Below are positions 59,393 through 64,000 of a stretch of DNA of 64,000 nucleotides, one piece after another. Origin of the DNA: Hellea sp. (lineage in GTDB: Bacteria; Pseudomonadota; Alphaproteobacteria; Caulobacterales; Maricaulaceae); assembly GCA_023300105.1 (NCBI GenBank), contig JALZWM010000063.1, positions 6,101 through 70,100 of the forward strand, given 5' to 3'. Position numbers and translations under genes: made by a program. Numbering within the stretch: position 1 is the stretch's first letter; every line of letters begins with the position of its first letter. The notes under the pieces were generated by a model, which ran no database searches, was not told the DNA's origin, and worked only from the letters and a program-made list of their open reading frames with translations.

Positions 59393-61147
59393 GTGAATTC
59401 ATTTCTGAATGTTGAAAAATCTTGTCGCGGATTGAAATGGGTGATGCGCTGCGAAGATGAAGCCTTAGTGACATCATTCGAACAAACACATGCATTAGAT
59501 AACCTAACAGCGCGTTTAATCGCGGGCAGAAAGGTCGTTCTTGAGGACGTAGAGCCTTTTATCAATCCCACCTTACGAGGGACAATGCCTGACCCGTCAT
59601 CGATGCAAGGCGTGGACGCCGCCGCCGTAATAATTCTTGATGCGGTTCAGGCGAAAAAGAAAATTACTATCTTTGCAGATTATGATGTCGATGGTGGGAG
59701 CTCCGCTGCACAGCTCATAAAGTGGGGCAGGGCATTTGATGTTGAAATGGGTCTCTATGTCCCTGACCGAATTAAAGAGGGCTACGGGCCGTCTATAGAG
59801 GCCTTTGAAGCTCTTAAAGCGGAAGGGAATGACCTCGTTATAACGGTTGATTGCGGCGCGGCCGCAAGAGAGCCTTTAGAATCTGCTAAAAATTTAGACC
59901 TGCCAATCGTTGTTATTGACCACCATCTTATGCACGGGGAGCTCCCGCCTTGTGCGGCTCTTGTGAACCCTAATCGCGAGGATGATAGTTCAGGCTTGGG
60001 ACATCTCGCCGCCGCAGGTGTTACCTTTATGGTGCTTGTTGCGCTTAACCGCGAAGCTAAGCGGCGCGGCCTTGAAAATACGCCTAACCTGCTAGACTTT
60101 ATAGGCTTAACGGCTCTTGGAACTTTATGTGATGTCGTGCCTTTGACAGGATTAAATCGTGCCCTCGTTTCGCAAGGATTGAAGGTTTTATCTCAAGGCG
60201 GAAATGTCGGCATAAACGCCTTAGCGGATGTTGCGGGCACGAACCCTCCTTATACGACATATCATTGTGGTTTTATTCTAGGCCCGCGTATAAATGCGGG
60301 CGGGCGTATCGGTAAAGCGAATATGGGGGCTGAGTTGATGTCGACTGAAAATTCACAGCTCGCCTATGCCCATGCTGCGGAATTGGACCGTGTGAATACA
60401 GAAAGAAAAGCCCTTCAAGATCAAATGATCAATGAGGCAATTGATGAAGCGGCAAAACTATCAGCAGATTCTCCCGTCATTATCGTGAAAATGGAAGGCT
60501 GGCACCCCGGCGTTATTGGGATTGTTGCAGGGCGGCTTAAAGACCGTTTTGATAAACCCGCCATTGTTATTGGTATAAATGATGATGGTATAGGCAAAGG
60601 TTCTGGCCGCTCTATGCCCGGCGTTAATTTAGGGCAGGCGATTACAGCCGCTAAAGACGCGGGTATTTTAATCAACGGTGGTGGTCATGCCATGGCGGGC
60701 GGGCTCACGGTTGACGCCTCAAAAATTGACACATTGATTCTATTTCTAAATTCTCAATTAATGGATGATGTTGAAGCTGCACGAAAAACACTCTCAATAA
60801 AAGTCGATGCTTTGATTGCCCCTGGCGCCATCTCTCAAGCGACTATGGATGTGGTCGACCTTGTGGGGCCATATGGGGCAGGCAACCCGCAACCCGTCTT
60901 TGCATTTTCAGATTTGCGAATCGCTTATGCGGAACGCGTTAAAGGCGGCCACGTCCGGTGCGCTTTTGAAGATGGTGTTGGTGGACGCATTTCTGGAATC
61001 TGTTTTCAGGCAGACCAAAATGGACTTGCAGAGGTGTTATTAGACCCTAATGCCCCCAGAGTGCACGTTACAGGCCGTTTAAAAGTCAATAGTTGGCAAG
61101 GACGACAGAGTGTTGACCTGCAACTCGTTGATTTATCGCCCGCATAA
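59393..61147 (+). CDS. recJ: Single-stranded-DNA exonuclease RecJ
   Basis: DYDVDG, PDR..EGYG, TVDCG, DHH, LGT.CDVV.L...NR, PRINAGGR, GSGRS, GGHAMA.G. Confidence 0.97.
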   Translation: MNSFLNVEKSCRGLKWVMRCEDEALVTSFEQTHALDNLTARLIAGRKVVLEDVEPFINPTLRGTMPDPSSMQGVDAAAVIILDAVQAKKKITIFADYDVDGGSSAAQLIKWGRAFDVEMGLYVPDRIKEGYGPSIEAFEALKAEGNDLVITVDCGAAAREPLESAKNLDLPIVVIDHHLMHGELPPCAALVNPNREDDSSGLGHLAAAGVTFMVLVALNREAKRRGLENTPNLLDFIGLTALGTLCDVVPLTGLNRALVSQGLKVLSQGGNVGINALADVAGTNPPYTTYHCGFILGPRINAGGRIGKANMGAELMSTENSQLAYAHAAELDRVNTERKALQDQMINEAIDEAAKLSADSPVIIVKMEGWHPGVIGIVAGRLKDRFDKPAIVIGINDDGIGKGSGRSMPGVNLGQAITAAKDAGILINGGGHAMAGGLTVDASKIDTLILFLNSQLMDDVEAARKTLSIKVDALIAPGAISQATMDVVDLVGPYGAGNPQPVFAFSDLRIAYAERVKGGHVRCAFEDGVGGRISGICFQADQNGLAEVLLDPNAPRVHVTGRLKVNSWQGRQSVDLQLVDLSPA

Positions 61148-61239
61148 TGTCCCGTTAAAGTATATAATTATAGAAAATTCTGAAATACCCTCTTGCAAGG
61201 GACGGAATGCCTATATATATCGCGGCTCACAGTTGATGC

Positions 61240-61314
61240 GGTCCCTTCGTCTATCGGTTAGGACGCCAGGTTTTCAACCTGGAAAGAGGGGTTCGATTCC
61301 CCTAGGGACTGCCA
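61240..61314 (+). tRNA. tRNA-Glu(TTC)
   Basis: GGTCCCTTCGTCTATCGGTTAGGACGCCAGGTTTTCAACCTGGAAAGAGGGGTTCGATTCCCCTAGGGACTGCCA. Confidence 0.97.
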
Positions 61315-61372
61315 ACTGTTTCTTCCTAAATTTTTACTTGGTCAAATGCGATAGTTTGTTTAAACGAAGCGC

Positions 61373-61849
61373 ATGAAACGTACACTCCTCACATTCCTTT
61401 TTCTGTTCCTGCCAATGGCTGCGAGCGCACAAACGGCCAAAAATGACAATGTTGATTTTGGTGAGCTCGTGCCCCTTACAATTGTATCCGAAGGCGCAGA
61501 GCATGTCTTTTCTGTCGAACGGGCCATAACGTTAGATCAGCAAGCTCGGGGAATGATGTTCCGCGAGACAATGGATCCAGATGCAGGGATGATATTTGAA
61601 TTCGATAAGCCTAAAATCGCAACGATTTGGATGAAAAACACGGCGATTCCTTTGGATATTTTATTTGTTCGCTCAAATGGCAAAATTCTTAAAATAGAGC
61701 ATATGGCGCAGCCTTATAAACTTAGAAGCGCGTCTTCTGAGGCGGTTATTGCAGCTGTTGTGGAATTACAGGGCGGCCGTTCTCGTGATTTAGGTATAAA
61801 ACCTGGCGATTTGATAAAACATGAATTTTTTGGAACTTCTACACCATAA
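61373..61849 (+). CDS. DUF192 domain protein
   Basis: Signal peptide, VE.A.T..Q..RG.MFR, GM.F.F, WMKNT.IPLDI.F, VVEL.GG. Confidence 0.9.
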   Translation: MKRTLLTFLFLFLPMAASAQTAKNDNVDFGELVPLTIVSEGAEHVFSVERAITLDQQARGMMFRETMDPDAGMIFEFDKPKIATIWMKNTAIPLDILFVRSNGKILKIEHMAQPYKLRSASSEAVIAAVVELQGGRSRDLGIKPGDLIKHEFFGTSTP

Positions 61850-61896
61850 TAGGCTTGCGTTTTGTTTCACGGTGGTTATGAAGCCCAAGCCTTAGT

Positions 61897-61973
61897 CGGG
61901 GCGTAGCGCAGCCTGGTAGCGCACCTGTTTTGGGAACAGGGGGTCGCAAGTTCGAATCTTGCCGCCCCGACCA
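61897..61973 (+). tRNA. tRNA-Pro(TGG)
   Basis: CGGGGCGTAGCGCAGCCTGGTAGCGCACCTGTTTTGGGAACAGGGGGTCGCAAGTTCGAATCTTGCCGCCCCGACCA. Confidence 0.97.
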
Positions 61974-62031
61974 TCTATCCTCCTGTCATTACTCAAAACT
62001 TAGTTGCTTGGAATTCTTAAACATTCTTGCA

Positions 62032-62047
62032 ATTGCCAATTGGCAAT
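62032..62047. promoter_or_regulatory. Perfect 16-bp palindrome upstream of kduD (putative operator)
   Basis: ATTGCCAATTGGCAAT is self-complementary and lies about 97 bp before the kduD ATG. Confidence 0.6.
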
Positions 62048-62143
62048 ATTTGATGATTGTCAACACTTCCAAAAGGTACGAGGTGTCTGCTTAGTCGATT
62101 GTCCCCTCGAAGATGAAGAAATTGGAAGTATTAGTTTGGAGTT

Positions 62144-62896
62144 ATGATGTTTGACCTGTCTGGAAAAACCGCGCTCGTAACTGGCGCAAATACTGGGTTA
62201 GGGCAGGGCATAGCCTTAGCGCTCGCACAAGCGGGCGCAGACATTGCTCTTATAGGGCGCACAGAGCCTGAGGAAACAATAGAGAAAATTTCTAAGTTTG
62301 CCGTTAAATGCGTTTCTATCAAGGCGGATTTAGGCAATGCTGAAGCTGTTACAGATATCGTTGTCGAAGCCGTCTCTAAATTAGGCCGCGCGGATATCCT
62401 CGTTAATAATGCAGGCATCATAAAACGCGGGGCGGCTATCGATTTTACGCCTGAGGATTGGGACGCTGTGATGAATGTCAATTTGCGGACATTGTTCTTT
62501 CTCTCGCAAGCTTTCGCGCGTCATTTAATAAGTGAGGAAAAGGGCGGGAAGATTATCAACATCGCCTCCATGCTTACATTCCAAGGCGGTATTCGCGTGC
62601 CATCCTATACAGCCTCAAAAAGTGGTGTTGGCGGGGTGACCAAAGCCCTCGCAAATGAGTGGGCAAGTCAAGGCATAAATGTCAACGCCATTGCGCCGGG
62701 GTACTTTGAGACGAATAACACGGCCGCTTTGCAGGCGGACCCGAAACGCAATGCTGAAATATTAAACCGTATCCCAAGTGGACGGTGGGGACATCCTTCT
62801 GATTTGGGCGGGGCCGCCGTATTCCTCGCCTCTGCAGCCTCGGATTATATACAAGGCATAACTCTTCCCGTCGATGGAGGTTGGCTATCTCGGTAG
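62144..62896 (+). CDS. kduD: 2-dehydro-3-deoxy-D-gluconate 5-dehydrogenase (SDR)
   Basis: TGANTGLGQG, NNAGII.R..A.DF...DWD.VMNVN, IASML.FQGGIRVPSYTASKSG, RIP.GRWG.P.DL.G. Confidence 0.92.
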   Translation: MMFDLSGKTALVTGANTGLGQGIALALAQAGADIALIGRTEPEETIEKISKFAVKCVSIKADLGNAEAVTDIVVEAVSKLGRADILVNNAGIIKRGAAIDFTPEDWDAVMNVNLRTLFFLSQAFARHLISEEKGGKIINIASMLTFQGGIRVPSYTASKSGVGGVTKALANEWASQGINVNAIAPGYFETNNTAALQADPKRNAEILNRIPSGRWGHPSDLGGAAVFLASAASDYIQGITLPVDGGWLSR

Positions 62897-62984
62897 ACTA
62901 AGCTGCTTCAAACCGCTTTGACATAGTTGCGGATGTTAACCTGCAAAGGTCAAATGACTTTGTTTTGATTAGCGATATAATTTC

Positions 62985-63016
62985 AAGTGGATGTTATGCT
63001 AAGTGGATGTCATGAC
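62985..63016. repeat. 16-bp degenerate tandem duplication overlapping the next start codon
   Basis: AAGTGGATGTTATGCT / AAGTGGATGTCATGAC. Confidence 0.7.
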
Positions 63017-64000
63017 ATTTGATATAAAGAAAATTAGGCATGAGACTGCTGCATGCAGCTCAATCTTGCATTTTAACAACGCAGGGGCCTCTCTTATGCC
63101 TCAACCCGTTTATAAGGTTATGTGTGATTACTTGGCGCTCGAACAGTCTATGGGAGGATATGAAGCTGCTGCAAAATCGGTTAATGCTATAGATAGTTTT
63201 TATACGACTTTTGCAGATTTGTTAAACGCGACTTCTGATGAAATCGCTTTTTGCGAGAATGCAACACGAGCTTGGGATATTGCGGTAAACTCAATTTCTT
63301 TTGAGGCGGGTGACCGTGTGTTTGTTCATCAAACTGAATACTCATCTAACTATTTAGGCTTGCTTCGGCTGTCTCAAAGCAAGGGCATCAAGATTGACAT
63401 AATACCCACTGATGCGGTTGGGGCTATCGATTTTAAAACTCTCAATGAAAGCGTCACAACGCGAACTAAAGCGGTTTTTCTAACACATGTACCATCACAG
63501 ACCGGCGTTATAAATCCCGTGAATGCCATTGGTGAGTTTGCGCGTAAGCACGGTCTTATATATGTACTTGATGCGTGCCAATCCGTTGGACAAATGCCCG
63601 TCGATGTTAAAGCCATTGGGTGTGATATTCTTTGCGGGACAGGCCGTAAGTTTTTGCGCGGGCCACGCGGGACGGGATTCTTATACGTTAAGAAAAGCAT
63701 TTTAAATGATATGCATCCCCCTTTTGTAGATTTACACGCCGCCGAATGGACGTCGACGCATGGTTATACATTACAAGACAATGCAAAACGCTTTGAGGGG
63801 TGGGAGCGGTTTATGGCGGGACAAATTGCTTTGGCTGAAGCCGCGCGCTACGCAATGAATATTGGGCTTGATGTAATCCAAGATCGGATCGCTCTGCTAG
63901 CGGATGATTTGCGGGCTAACCTGAGGCATATTGACGAAATCACGTTGCGCGACACAGGAGAAAATAAGTCAGGTATTGTAACGTTTGAAATCGAAGGTCG
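63012..64000 (+). CDS. Class V PLP aminotransferase / cysteine desulfurase-like (3'-truncated; absent from ORF track)
   Basis: Manual translation from ATG 63012: MTFDIKKIR...HFNNAGASLMP..., ENATRAW, LDACQSVGQ, GTGRKFLRGPRGTGFLY, RFE.WE; open to the window end. Confidence 0.9.
   Translation, partial: MTFDIKKIRHETAACSSILHFNNAGASLMPQPVYKVMCDYLALEQSMGGYEAAAKSVNAIDSFYTTFADLLNATSDEIAFCENATRAWDIAVNSISFEAGDRVFVHQTEYSSNYLGLLRLSQSKGIKIDIIPTDAVGAIDFKTLNESVTTRTKAVFLTHVPSQTGVINPVNAIGEFARKHGLIYVLDACQSVGQMPVDVKAIGCDILCGTGRKFLRGPRGTGFLYVKKSILNDMHPPFVDLHAAEWTSTHGYTLQDNAKRFEGWERFMAGQIALAEAARYAMNIGLDVIQDRIALLADDLRANLRHIDEITLRDTGENKSGIVTFEIEG

Noticed and set aside
61110-61376. 88-aa ORF
   Set aside because: It spans tRNA-Glu and its promoter.

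Overview
This window is mostly core chromosome of a moderately AT-rich alphaproteobacterium. Gene content and order suggest Maricaulales/Hyphomonadales (Hellea/Litorimonas-like); that is an inference. Recognisable blocks are: tRNA-Cys/pcm/tolC/popZ/valS; xth; a Mo-oxidoreductase/Na+ symporter/uvrC/two CDP-alcohol transferase run; ilvE, ompR-envZ, proC; a korC-korA-korB type 2-oxoacid oxidoreductase operon; acyl-CoA dehydrogenase plus ligase, rluD and a large TonB-dependent receptor; nrdR-rib-nusB-thiL; bamE, plsX-fabH, a quinohemoprotein dehydrogenase, ihfA-merR; ctaA; rplM-rpsI, argC, an aminotransferase, recJ; four tRNAs; kduD. No intact mobile element, CRISPR array, rRNA or recognisable defence system was found. 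The best leads are: (1) a 521-aa PopZ with an internal strong RBS and in-frame ATG that could make an 82-aa isoform containing only the self-assembly domain; (2) one palindromic operator shared by the acyl-CoA operon and the TonB receptor; (3) a PgsA paralogue that keeps all four catalytic Asp but has lost the CDP-pocket residues; (4) a shattered P4-type integrase beside tRNA-Cys; (5) recurrent 12-18 bp tandem duplications at gene boundaries; (6) a secreted G/F/N/R low-complexity protein. All annotation is by eye from motifs; no searches were run.
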